This document shows, piece by piece, positions 54,239 to 63,739 of a stretch of 64,000 nucleotides of DNA (positions are counted from its first letter, which is position 1; each line of letters starts with the position of its first letter). A model generated the notes under the pieces. The model did no database searches. It saw nothing but the letters and a program-made list of their open reading frames with translations, and was not told where the DNA came from. Position numbers and translations under genes: made by a program. This stretch comes from a virus (taxonomy: Duplodnaviria; Caudoviricetes): the IMG/VR virus record IMGVR_UViG_3300005758_000087, positions 17,683 to 81,682 of that record. One strand, given 5' to 3'.

Positions 54239-55237
54239 TTAGGCAGTTTTTGCCTGACGAGCACGAATCATTGCTAGAATGTCCTGAGCTTTGTCGCTAC
54301 TGGGCGTAGACTTCGGTACTACTACAGGGGTAGCCGCTTCTTCGGGTTCATCGTCCCATGGTTTGACTTTTTCAGAGGAAGCCGAAGAAGATTCAATAGC
54401 TGCTTCTGGCTGACTAAGCGCAGTAGAAGTTGCAGTACCACCGGCTGGAGCTTCCAAACCATACGGACGATAATATGCTCCCCAACGTTCCGCATCGTAT
54501 GGGCGACCATCGACACTTGCCTCAAACATTTCTTTAATGATTCGTAGCTCTGCTTCGCTGGGTTTTTTAGGTAAGAAATCTGCTAAATTAAACAAGCCAT
54601 GTGCCTCAATTGCAGCTTGTTCTGCTTCAGTTAGTGCTGATTCTTTGCGTGACCAGTTACTGGTGCTATAGTCTGCATAGCCGCCCTTGCTAGTTTTCTT
54701 AATGTTAAAATCCAAACCTTTCATAAAATCGGTAGGGAGTTCTTCCATTTCGGGATCCATTAAACTAGACTTAATAATGGTAAAAATCTGTGGGCTAATA
54801 ACAAATCTACGAATTGGATTTGCTGGATTTTTATCGTCACCTAGAGGGTTTTGACGAACAAACCCTTGAAATAAATAACTGCGCTTTTTCCAATATTTAT
54901 TAGCTAAATCTTTAAGACTTTCATCCTTATACCAAGGACGTACTTCAGCTAGAATCGGGCAGTTATCACCGTACATTTCCACACAAGGAACTTGTACTTG
55001 AATTTGTTTTACGTTCGAGTCGCCCTTAATTCCATTAAATGGTAATTTAATAATTTGGCGTTCTACCCAAAAGAAAGTATTTTTATTATCTGCGTCTGGT
55101 AAAAAGCGAACAGTGGCAATAGTGCCTTCGTCCATATTCCAGTGGAGATAAATTGCGTTGTCTGATTGTTGTGTAGAACCAGTTGATTTGTTTTCTTGTG
55201 CCGCGATGCGGGCACGGATTTCTGCTAGACTTGCCAT
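54239..55237 (-). CDS. gp32: Single-stranded DNA-binding protein
   Basis: VRFLP; CPILAE..YWKKRSY; G.DF..KK..KGGYADY; acidic tail. Confidence 0.95.
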   Translation of the reverse strand: MASLAEIRARIAAQENKSTGSTQQSDNAIYLHWNMDEGTIATVRFLPDADNKNTFFWVERQIIKLPFNGIKGDSNVKQIQVQVPCVEMYGDNCPILAEVRPWYKDESLKDLANKYWKKRSYLFQGFVRQNPLGDDKNPANPIRRFVISPQIFTIIKSSLMDPEMEELPTDFMKGLDFNIKKTSKGGYADYSTSNWSRKESALTEAEQAAIEAHGLFNLADFLPKKPSEAELRIIKEMFEASVDGRPYDAERWGAYYRPYGLEAPAGGTATSTALSQPEAAIESSSASSEKVKPWDDEPEEAATPVVVPKSTPSSDKAQDILAMIRARQAKTA

Positions 55238-55319
55238 AATAATTCTCCTTTAAAAATGTGCCTAAGTTGAGCCTAAATATGCCTATGTGTTGTACGGAGA
55301 CAACTGACACATTGAAGCT
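55238..55319 (-). promoter_or_regulatory. gp32 leader: hairpin plus three TAGGC repeats before the SD (candidate autoregulatory operator)
   Basis: Hairpin 55285-55312; TAGGC at 55281-85, 55271-75, 55260-64; SD AAGGAG. Confidence 0.55.
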
Positions 55320-55347
55320 ATTATAACACTAGCTTCAAAAGTGTCAA
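55320..55347 (-). promoter_or_regulatory. Sigma70-type promoter with extended -10
   Basis: TTGACA-16-TATAAT with TGn; a late GATAAATA sits at 55351-55358. Confidence 0.85.
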
Positions 55348-55399
55348 TAGTATTTATCCCGTATGTGGGTAAATACACTTATTTTAACTACTAAATTAA

Positions 55400-56884
55400 T
55401 TATTCTAACCCAGAAAGCCCTTTTATACGAAGTAATGGGTCAGCACTCTCACCGCCTACCAATTTGCCTCGTAATCCTTTTTGACTTTGTGGCTTGTTAC
55501 CTAAAATTTTATTAGTTGATACTTTATCTGTGGGGCCTAACTGACCTACCCTTTTTTGATCTGCATCTAGGCCTTCTTTAGGAATCTGTTTATCATACGC
55601 CTTTTGTGCAGATGAAAATCCACGATCATCATCCCATTTAACCGGTTTATTAGGAAAAATGTCTGACCCGCCTTGAATACCACCAACTCGTTCTGCTTTA
55701 ACTACATTCTTTCCCTTTTTCGCATAATGCTTTTTTATATCATAATCATCACTACTGACTTCAATCTCTCCAGTAGATCCGTCATCAAAGGTAACTTTGT
55801 AAAGATAGTATTCACCGGGTCTCAACGCTTCATCCAATTCTTGCTCACCCACATCAGATGTTGTTGCATTGCTGTGTTGATCACCTTCAATTACTGTATC
55901 TACCCAGTTTTCTAATTCTTTAATTTGCTTCATTTCAGCCTCTGAAATATTTTTTGTTAGTTTGCTTAATATAGGCATTACTTGTTCTATTCTAGGATCA
56001 ATGGAGCTTTGAATAAACATCTCACTTAAATCAGGTGAGCTTTCATCCTCATTCAATACTGGAGAATAATTTTCAAAATATTCTTTGTACCCTTTTTTTC
56101 CTGATAACTTTTTTAAAGTTTCTCTTAGTGAAGAATAATGATTTAGACCTTCATTAACCAACTTGAGTGCTGATTCATTAAATTGTCTGTTTTTTACGGC
56201 ACGTGCGAAACCTGCCATTTTAGTGTATTCTTCGACCAAACTGGTTATATGTGAGCCCCTCTCATCATACGGTGTTCCCCCCTCAGCAATATGCCTAGCA
56301 TATACTCTTGCTATTCCGGGCTTGTTTGTGGGGATTAAAAAGCGTTCGCCCTTTATGTTTTCCACAAATATTTTTTCAATATGTCTATAACGCTGGTCAC
56401 TATCTTGTAGTATTTTAGAATGCTGTAAAATTATTTTAGTAGAGGGAACACTGTCATTGTAGCTGGCTTTTTTCCCCATAGCATGATAGCCTTCATTAAG
56501 TCCCTCTTTTTTATTATGTTCTCTTTTAGCCATATCATGCTCTAAGCTATCTTCATCACTTAATTCAAAACCCAATCCATTATTTTTTGCAAATCTTTTT
56601 AAATGCTGTTTAAGTGTACTAAAACTAAAGCTTTCATGCGTGTCTGCGCTAGGACTATCATTTACATCAGACCCATAATAAAGCACCAATCTATGTAATC
56701 CATCAAGAGTAGCAGTTACTTTGCCGTATTCTTTACCGTCCATAATAAAGGTAAACTGAAATGCGTCTGCTTCTTCGGGTACACTCACTTTTTTTCCAGA
56801 ACTGCTAAACATGTCGGGTTTGTATCCCCTAGTTTTCAGTAATCCGTATAATTCTCTGTTAATAGTTTCTATATTTGCTGGCAT
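55400..56884 (-). CDS. Hypothetical late protein, candidate internal head protein
   Basis: 494 aa; late promoter 56906-56913; xxE sites (LNEG, LDEA); C-terminal LLRIKGLSGL. Confidence 0.65.
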   Translation of the reverse strand: MPANIETINRELYGLLKTRGYKPDMFSSSGKKVSVPEEADAFQFTFIMDGKEYGKVTATLDGLHRLVLYYGSDVNDSPSADTHESFSFSTLKQHLKRFAKNNGLGFELSDEDSLEHDMAKREHNKKEGLNEGYHAMGKKASYNDSVPSTKIILQHSKILQDSDQRYRHIEKIFVENIKGERFLIPTNKPGIARVYARHIAEGGTPYDERGSHITSLVEEYTKMAGFARAVKNRQFNESALKLVNEGLNHYSSLRETLKKLSGKKGYKEYFENYSPVLNEDESSPDLSEMFIQSSIDPRIEQVMPILSKLTKNISEAEMKQIKELENWVDTVIEGDQHSNATTSDVGEQELDEALRPGEYYLYKVTFDDGSTGEIEVSSDDYDIKKHYAKKGKNVVKAERVGGIQGGSDIFPNKPVKWDDDRGFSSAQKAYDKQIPKEGLDADQKRVGQLGPTDKVSTNKILGNKPQSQKGLRGKLVGGESADPLLRIKGLSGLE

Positions 56885-56915
56885 AATTAAAATCTCTGAT
56901 TTTAATATTTATCAA

Positions 56916-58460
56916 TTATCCTATAACTGCGTAAAAGGGCAGTGGTTCAACATATTCTTCATGGTCTCGAATATGCTGATCTAAATCGTAATTAAAATTA
57001 CTAATTTGTTGCATTATTCTAACCACTAATAAAGTTGACGTAACTAGATCATCCGTTTCTCCTATTTTTGCGGCGTAACTGCCACCCGAAGCTATGAAAT
57101 TTTTAAGTTCTGAAACTAAACTTTTACTATTAATTTTTAACTTTTTTCCCTCTACTAGAGTTTTAAATTTAGAACATGCGGTTAATTTACTTTTATTAGT
57201 TGTGTTGAATCCGCGCCTTTTTTTGCCCGGCTCACTTAAAAATATTCCCGGTATATTATGATACCCGTATTCATTTAAACTAACTAATGCCGCCTCACCT
57301 ATTCCGTTTACTTCAACAGAATAATATATGTTATCTGGTTCATTGGTGCATTCCGCTATATACTTGTTAATTTGAGATAGCAACTTAATCTGATTGGGTA
57401 TATCAGTTTGATTATGCTTCCATTCAGCAACTTGTGTGGTTGTGTTGGCCTCGTATACCTGTATGGCTGCAGGGTCGCCTCCGGTGCCCACTGCAGGATC
57501 TAAAGCAACGACATATATATTACCCCGTTCCGGTTTTTTATACCAACGAATTTGTCCCTGCTTAAACGCAGGCTCTATTCCCTCCAACTCAAATAGCGCA
57601 GATGGACTTATTAATGTTTCATCTGCAATAATGAATTCGCAGTCCATTTCTCGTCTAAATCTGTCGGTGCCTAATTGGGCCCTCATTTCAGCAGCCCATT
57701 TTTCATCACGTTCAGGGTGTTCATTCCAATATGCTCTATAAGCTTTAAAACCATTAACACCTACTTCTGTTTGATTGCCGAATGAGTCTTCGGTTTTGTT
57801 AGCTTGTTTCCAAATCAACGCGAATTGGTCTTCATCACTGTTCGGCGTGCTTGTTATTATTGCTTTACCGCCTGTTGCAAGAGTAGGTGTAATAGATGTC
57901 CAAAATTCACTAGCTATTGTGGGTCTAACGAATGCAAATTCGTCAAGATATAATAATGAGATAGATAAACCACGACCTGTGTTTTCAGTAGTAGTTGCAC
58001 TTATTATACGACTACCGTTATCAAAATCAAGCGATCCTTTATTGTATGTGACAACACCAGCCTTAATATGGTTCGGACAATTCTCATATGCGTAACGAAT
58101 ACGTTGCATAATTTCTTGTGCGCCTGCATATTTATGAGCAGCAATAAGAATTGTACTGTCTGGAACAAACATAGCATACCATAATAAATAACCTGCCGCG
58201 CTAGTAGACTTACCTGTTTGTCTAGGCATTAATGATATTGAAAACCGATATTTGTGATATGTTTCAATTAATCTTTTTTGATAGTCCCATGGGTGATATA
58301 ACATACTTCCACGTGTTGGGTGTTGTATGTAGAAGAAATTATCCATAAAATACAAATACCCAGTTACTGGGTCGCAGCATTTTAAGAAATCATTTAGTTG
58401 TTCATCACTAGCAAATGCTGTTTTTGTATATGGAGTTTTAATTAAGGTAGGTGTGCTCAT
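56916..58460 (-). CDS. gp17: Terminase large subunit
   Basis: PRQTGKS; YLDEFAF; STPN; DPAVG; E.NGIG; DDLV. Confidence 0.96.
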   Translation of the reverse strand: MSTPTLIKTPYTKTAFASDEQLNDFLKCCDPVTGYLYFMDNFFYIQHPTRGSMLYHPWDYQKRLIETYHKYRFSISLMPRQTGKSTSAAGYLLWYAMFVPDSTILIAAHKYAGAQEIMQRIRYAYENCPNHIKAGVVTYNKGSLDFDNGSRIISATTTENTGRGLSISLLYLDEFAFVRPTIASEFWTSITPTLATGGKAIITSTPNSDEDQFALIWKQANKTEDSFGNQTEVGVNGFKAYRAYWNEHPERDEKWAAEMRAQLGTDRFRREMDCEFIIADETLISPSALFELEGIEPAFKQGQIRWYKKPERGNIYVVALDPAVGTGGDPAAIQVYEANTTTQVAEWKHNQTDIPNQIKLLSQINKYIAECTNEPDNIYYSVEVNGIGEAALVSLNEYGYHNIPGIFLSEPGKKRRGFNTTNKSKLTACSKFKTLVEGKKLKINSKSLVSELKNFIASGGSYAAKIGETDDLVTSTLLVVRIMQQISNFNYDLDQHIRDHEEYVEPLPFYAVIG

Positions 58461-58515
58461 AAAATTATTTATTTGGTATTTTCTACTTTAATTAAAGTTT
58501 TAGGACCCGATAATA

Positions 58516-60372
58516 TTATGTCCAATTACCTATGCTTACCGTAGCATTGCCTACGCCAATTGGATATAGTTCTATGCTGCTTGCTACGGCAACGTAACTA
58601 CCTGCACCGGGCAGGCCGCTAAATGCAATTAGTGGATTAAATGTTCCTCCGGTAGTTACATTTATGATACCTGTAACAGTCAAAGTATAATATCCTGCAC
58701 CATTTAATGCAGCAGTAACAGTTACAGGAGTCGAGAAACCTGTAGTGAGAATATTTTTTAAATGACTTGGTGTACTTAATGTTGCTAATGCAGTAGCCGC
58801 AGTAGTAATAGTTTGATAACTATGGCGTGCTAATACCGATGTGCCTTGTACCGCATATGCCATAGTTATATTATTAGCGGTTTTATAAACAATAACATTT
58901 ATAGAATAAGCATATCTAGTGTTCGAACTTACTGCTGCCGTAACTCCAAAAAGACTTTGACCTGCAGTTTGATCGATTAAATTATGGTCGGCATTTAAAA
59001 CATAAATTTGCGCTGTCTTGAGTAAACCTCTTTCTTGCCCTTGTGGAGTAGCATAAAAGATTCTTCCATCATAATTAACTGCACCCGGAGATGGTGTTGT
59101 TAACAATGTAGTAGCAGGTGTGAACACAAGCGGGGCAACTGTTGCATTGCCTGCAGGCAATGTAACATAACTATTAACATTACCAGCATTAATATTTCCT
59201 GAAACACTTAATGATGTCAGTGTACCCACGCTAGTTACATTCGGCTGTGCGTTGGTTGTTAATGTACCTGTAATAAGATTTGCAGTTAGCGTGGTTCCCG
59301 AAACATTACCGCTAATATTACCTGTTACGGATATGTTAGAAAATACAGCATTGTTAGCTCCTATATTTCCTACATTGGCATTGCCGGATGCGGTTATTGT
59401 TCCATCTGTGGTAAATTTAGTTGCATTAAATCCATTAGCAACATCTACTGTTGCTATTTTCGTAAGGGTATTACTTCCAATTGCTGCTGCCCAAAAACTT
59501 AAATTACTACCGGTGTTAGTAGGAGTAAAATTTTCTATTGCTTGGAAAACAATACGTGCGCTTCCAGTACCAGCAACTTCTGTACCATTATACCCAGTGC
59601 TAGATATTCGTATGATCTCATCGCCCGCCTGTACAGGAGTAGGTGCAACTATATTCCCGTTAATCCTACGACCAACAAAGGCTGCAAAATTTCCTATACC
59701 GTCATTGTAAAATCTAGAAGGAATATCATTTTGACCGGTTAGATGTAACATTACTCCAGTGTTAACTGGTGGGGAGACTTGTCCACTGGTGCTACCTATA
59801 ATTCTTACTGCTCCTGCAGTTGGATCCACATTGGGAACAAAAACAGTAATCTGACCATCATCTGTAGCACTAAAGTATCTATTGACTAAATTAGGTGGAA
59901 AACCATTTGTTTTATAAAATCCAATATTACCAACTAACTGAACTTCAGCATTGCCTTTAGTAGCCAATATCATGTTTTGATCTACATTTACCAATGTAAG
60001 CAAGTTATTGTTAGCAGTAAAGTCGCCAAAACTTAATGGCAACCCTGCCGTATCAATGGTTAGCGTGCCGTCGTTTGAAATATTTGCCCCTGGGCCTGCT
60101 TTAACTCCGCCGATCTTAGTGTCAGTGGCAGGTGAGATGTTACCACCCACTATTAAATCACCTATGATATTGCCTGAGTTAGCGGTAAATGTATTAATTG
60201 TAAGATTAGCATCAATAGCTAAATCAATTGGTAGTCCGCCCGGGGTGTTGCCGTCACTTATCCTAATCGTATTGGTATCAGGATTGTACCACAGACGATC
60301 TTTTTGTCCTACATACGCCTCTGTGTTGGCGTTATTGTCTCTACTAGAAAAAAAGTTTTGAATAAATGACAT
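58516..60372 (-). CDS. Tail fibre/adhesin with Mtd-N-like N-terminus
   Basis: YVGQKDRLWYNPDTNTIRISDGNTPGG; ATDTKIGGVK; QPNVTSVGTLT.L motif shared with the 4751-8245 fibre. Confidence 0.75.
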   Translation of the reverse strand: MSFIQNFFSSRDNNANTEAYVGQKDRLWYNPDTNTIRISDGNTPGGLPIDLAIDANLTINTFTANSGNIIGDLIVGGNISPATDTKIGGVKAGPGANISNDGTLTIDTAGLPLSFGDFTANNNLLTLVNVDQNMILATKGNAEVQLVGNIGFYKTNGFPPNLVNRYFSATDDGQITVFVPNVDPTAGAVRIIGSTSGQVSPPVNTGVMLHLTGQNDIPSRFYNDGIGNFAAFVGRRINGNIVAPTPVQAGDEIIRISSTGYNGTEVAGTGSARIVFQAIENFTPTNTGSNLSFWAAAIGSNTLTKIATVDVANGFNATKFTTDGTITASGNANVGNIGANNAVFSNISVTGNISGNVSGTTLTANLITGTLTTNAQPNVTSVGTLTSLSVSGNINAGNVNSYVTLPAGNATVAPLVFTPATTLLTTPSPGAVNYDGRIFYATPQGQERGLLKTAQIYVLNADHNLIDQTAGQSLFGVTAAVSSNTRYAYSINVIVYKTANNITMAYAVQGTSVLARHSYQTITTAATALATLSTPSHLKNILTTGFSTPVTVTAALNGAGYYTLTVTGIINVTTGGTFNPLIAFSGLPGAGSYVAVASSIELYPIGVGNATVSIGNWT

Positions 60373-60384
60373 ATTAAATTTTAA

Positions 60385-60732
60385 TTAATTATCCATTGGC
60401 TCATCGTCGGATAGTGTCATTATTGCGGTAGTGTTAGGACTAATTCCTGCATTTTTCTTTATTAAATCCAACTCGTCACATGCACATCCGTCAGTGTCTT
60501 CATCGTAGTAATTATCTACCCCTACTGATTTTTTAAGTAATTCTAATTTTTGTTGAAGAGGTGGAATAAATTCACCTAAATTTTCTTCAGCTTCTTCTGC
60601 TTTTTCCGAATTATCTGAGATTGCAGATTTGATATTTGACAGATGTTGTTCTGTGGGAGATGGTGTTGGTTTTTCTCCACTTAAATTGTCTAGCATGTCA
60701 GCTAGACTTCTTAAAATTTCACTAGATTTCAT
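60385..60732 (-). CDS. Small acidic late protein
   Basis: 115 aa; MKSSEIL; FIPPLQQKLELLKK; DELDLIKKNAGI. Confidence 0.7.
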   Translation of the reverse strand: MKSSEILRSLADMLDNLSGEKPTPSPTEQHLSNIKSAISDNSEKAEEAEENLGEFIPPLQQKLELLKKSVGVDNYYDEDTDGCACDELDLIKKNAGISPNTTAIMTLSDDEPMDN

Positions 60733-61001
60733 TATAGTACCCCGGTTGTTCCTAATTCAGTTACGCTGCAAACCCCATTAGCTGCTACTGCAAGAACGCT
60801 TACATAATTGCCGGCACCCACAAAAACGCTTCTTTCGGGTGATCCAGCTAAAATAATTGGGTTAGATGTGGTTGCTTGAACCGAACTATTTCCGCTTATA
60901 AAATAAATGTCTACTGTGCTAGCCACGCGAACTTTATCAGTAGCAATTAATTGAGCACTGCTAGGCGCAGAATTACTTGCGGATATATTATAATTTGCCA
61001 T
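60732..61001 (-). CDS. Small beta-rich virion protein
   Basis: 89 aa; late promoter at 61021-61027. Confidence 0.6.
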   Translation of the reverse strand: MANYNISASNSAPSSAQLIATDKVRVASTVDIYFISGNSSVQATTSNPIILAGSPERSVFVGAGNYVSVLAVAANGVCSVTELGTTGVL

Positions 61002-61052
61002 ATTCTTAATCCTTATTAAGTATTTATTATAAAAATTTTTTCCTTAGGATGA

Positions 61053-61334
61053 TTATTTTTTGATGGGTTTTTCGCCGGTTAAATAAGGTAAGCTGAACCA
61101 TAATTTAAACCATTCGGGAGTTCCGGGTTTTATATTATGTTTTTTCATGAGTCGAGACTTTTCGGTTCCGGTGTAACTCATATTCATCTCGTTGGTACTA
61201 GCATGAGCGTTGCTAATTCCAGCAAGGCGCCGCATTTCTTCCAAATCATCTGTTACCCGAGCCGGTAAAGGAACGGTCTTGAGTTTATCAAGACCGTTTT
61301 GTATTTTAGCTTGTTTCCATACGTCAAAGGTCAT
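61053..61334 (-). CDS. Small late protein
   Basis: 93 aa; DDLEEMRRLAGI; IKPGTPEWFKLWF. Confidence 0.7.
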   Translation of the reverse strand: MTFDVWKQAKIQNGLDKLKTVPLPARVTDDLEEMRRLAGISNAHASTNEMNMSYTGTEKSRLMKKHNIKPGTPEWFKLWFSLPYLTGEKPIKK

Positions 61335-61341
61335 AACGTAT

Positions 61342-62034
61342 TTATTTAATGTCTAACATATTCTTCTTTGTGGCTAAAATTGCAAAATACTTTTCTTTAA
61401 TAGTTTTTTGTTCTTCTTCATCAGTCGCTACTGAGGTCAAATCAAATTCAATATCATTGAATCTTTCTACTTTAAACCCAGTTCGGTTTAGTAATGCGTC
61501 TAGTTGTTTGTGGCCCATTATACTATAATGATTGGGATTATACTCATGCGGCCTTTCGCAGTCTGGACTAGGTACTTCAATGAATATTTTTCCCTTAAGC
61601 TTCAGTAGACGATTATATTCTATAAGACTGAAAATTGGATAGGGGCTGTGATGCAAATAGTGTCTACAATAGATAAAATCTACGGATTCATCTAAAAATC
61701 CGTCACTTTGGGGTAAGAAAGTAGGATCATATAACTTTACATTATGTCCTTTTTCTTTACACTGTTTTGCGTTAACTTCACTCAACGTAATTCCAGTTAC
61801 GTTGGTGTATCCTCGCTCTTTCATTGAATCCAAAAAGTACCCAGTTCCACAGTAAACATCTAAAATATTTGCATCTTTGGGTAAACCCAAAGTATCAAAA
61901 TAAGATGAAACCATTTCATCATTGAGCTTTTTATGTAGTTCTGTCTCACCTTCGTCATACAGGTGCGAACTATATAACCACTCGTTAAAAAACTTGAGTT
62001 TAACTAAATCTAGTGTTTTATTGATATCTAACAT
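61342..62034 (-). CDS. Class I SAM-dependent methyltransferase
   Basis: ILDVYCGTG; VDFIYCRHYLHH; RLLK.KG.IFIEVP. Confidence 0.88.
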   Translation of the reverse strand: MLDINKTLDLVKLKFFNEWLYSSHLYDEGETELHKKLNDEMVSSYFDTLGLPKDANILDVYCGTGYFLDSMKERGYTNVTGITLSEVNAKQCKEKGHNVKLYDPTFLPQSDGFLDESVDFIYCRHYLHHSPYPIFSLIEYNRLLKLKGKIFIEVPSPDCERPHEYNPNHYSIMGHKQLDALLNRTGFKVERFNDIEFDLTSVATDEEEQKTIKEKYFAILATKKNMLDIK

Positions 62035-62081
62035 ATTTCCCCTACGTAATAACTATTACTTAGTAAGAAAAATAGGTTCAA

Positions 62082-62477
62082 TTATTTTTTTGTTTTTTTA
62101 TTTGATTTTTCTTGAGAGAAACCCTTAAATCCTACTACTGGGCTTTTTGTATAGGTATCTTGTAACTCCTGACTGCGCAAATCGCCCTTAGTCAAATCTT
62201 CATGATGAGATCCTACTACATCAAACGCCTGAGATAGCATTTTTTGTTCGATGGGGCTATAGGGCACTGCTACGTTTTCTCTGCCTGACCAACTTTCGTG
62301 GTCCATATCTATGGGATTAATTCCGTCTGCCATTGCAGCAGCCATCATTACTCGGTTAAGTTCATATATTCTATCTGCAAATCTTTTATCCCTAAACAAA
62401 TCTATACCAACACTAGCTCTTCCTTGTCGGTTAGTTATTTTTCCCCTAGATTCTGATATAAATTCGTATGCTCTCAT
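62082..62477 (-). CDS. Putative internal head protein
   Basis: MRAYEFISES resembles the T4 capsid-targeting sequence MKTYQEFIAE. Confidence 0.6.
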   Translation of the reverse strand: MRAYEFISESRGKITNRQGRASVGIDLFRDKRFADRIYELNRVMMAAAMADGINPIDMDHESWSGRENVAVPYSPIEQKMLSQAFDVVGSHHEDLTKGDLRSQELQDTYTKSPVVGFKGFSQEKSNKKTKK

Positions 62478-63253
62478 TATTCGTTTGATATATTGTATGA
62501 ACCTTCGTGTATCATTGAAGTATTTAATAATGGATTAACCATTACTCTAACATTTCCATAACCAATGTCAACTTCGTAATTGGTTAATGCTGGTCCTATG
62601 AACATGGTTCCGTAGACGCTAAATTTTACAGTAGCGTTAGTGGGAGATTTAGTTATGTCTATTGTTACTGTTTGTGAATTATTGTTTTGAACTGTCTTTA
62701 AGTTTATTTTTCCAAATTTAAAATTAGAAGCCGGATATTCAAAAATAACTTGATCAGGACTGTTATCAGTGGTATTTGCGGTAAAAGATCCTATACTAAC
62801 TTTATTGACGGTTAAAGTACCGTTAGCAGTAATATTGCCATCCGAATTCAAGTTATTGATAGAAATGCTAGCTTTTAAAGAAGGAAAAACTCTTACCGGA
62901 AAAGTCAGTGTATTGCCGGACTCTATTACGTTTATGTTGCCGATATAAAAGCCCGAGTTGCCCATATAAAAATTAGCAACTGTGTTAGAGGTCGTACCGA
63001 TAGTTACATCACCGGTGGGCAATATGTTTGCAGACAGTGTAATAGTATTGTTTGATTCTATATAGGTAAAATTTGCGGTACCGTTACTTTCACCATTTGC
63101 ATTATATTGAAATGATCCTTCTGGGCCGGCGGGGAGTCCGTTAGCCAAATCGATAAAGTTTTGATTTATTTTTTCAAAAGCAATACGCAGCGGATCGCCG
63201 GTGCCGTCGTTAGGTAAAGTACCTATATCGATATTTGCTACAGTTATAGTCAT
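62477..63253 (-). CDS. Baseplate/fibre protein with gp9/gp10-like N-terminus
   Basis: IDIGTLPNDGTGDPLRIAFEKINQNF. Confidence 0.75.
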   Translation of the reverse strand: MTITVANIDIGTLPNDGTGDPLRIAFEKINQNFIDLANGLPAGPEGSFQYNANGESNGTANFTYIESNNTITLSANILPTGDVTIGTTSNTVANFYMGNSGFYIGNINVIESGNTLTFPVRVFPSLKASISINNLNSDGNITANGTLTVNKVSIGSFTANTTDNSPDQVIFEYPASNFKFGKINLKTVQNNNSQTVTIDITKSPTNATVKFSVYGTMFIGPALTNYEVDIGYGNVRVMVNPLLNTSMIHEGSYNISNE

Positions 63254-63273
63254 TTCATGTTCCTAATATTATG

Positions 63274-63294
63274 TATTTATCGCAAAGATAAATA
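63274..63294. promoter_or_regulatory. Divergent pair of late promoters (GATAAATA on each strand)
   Basis: 63274-63281 minus and 63287-63294 plus. Confidence 0.65.
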
Positions 63295-63301
63295 ATACAC
63301 T

Positions 63302-63739
63302 ATGAAAAAACTATTATTTTTACTACTGCTGACCGTGTCGGCTACGTGCGTCGCCAAAAAAAGTCCTCAGGGAATAACATATGACGCACAAATTCTTCGC
63401 GTAAACGACGGTGACACTATCGTAATTTCTGCACCTTTTTTGCCTCCACCACTGAAGCAAGAGTTAGCAGTTAGAATTTATGGAGTAGACACCCCTGAAA
63501 AAGGATTTAGAGCAAAATGTCCTCAAGAAGATGAACGAGGCAAGCAAGCTACTAAATTTACCAGCACTATGATTGCAAAATCAGTAAAGAGACAAGTTAC
63601 TATTTACGATTGGGATAAATTTGGCGGTAGAATTTTAGGCGATATCATTTTAGATGGACAAAGCCTACGTGCAATGCTTATTTCTAATGGTTTCGCTAGA
63701 GAATATTATGGTGATGCAAAAGGAAGTTGGTGTAACTAA
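63302..63739 (+). CDS. Secreted thermonuclease (SNase fold)
   Basis: Signal peptide MKKLLFLLLLTVSATCVA; RVNDGDTI; RIYGVDTPE; DKFGGRILG. Confidence 0.92.
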   Translation: MKKLLFLLLLTVSATCVAKKSPQGITYDAQILRVNDGDTIVISAPFLPPPLKQELAVRIYGVDTPEKGFRAKCPQEDERGKQATKFTSTMIAKSVKRQVTIYDWDKFGGRILGDIILDGQSLRAMLISNGFAREYYGDAKGSWCN

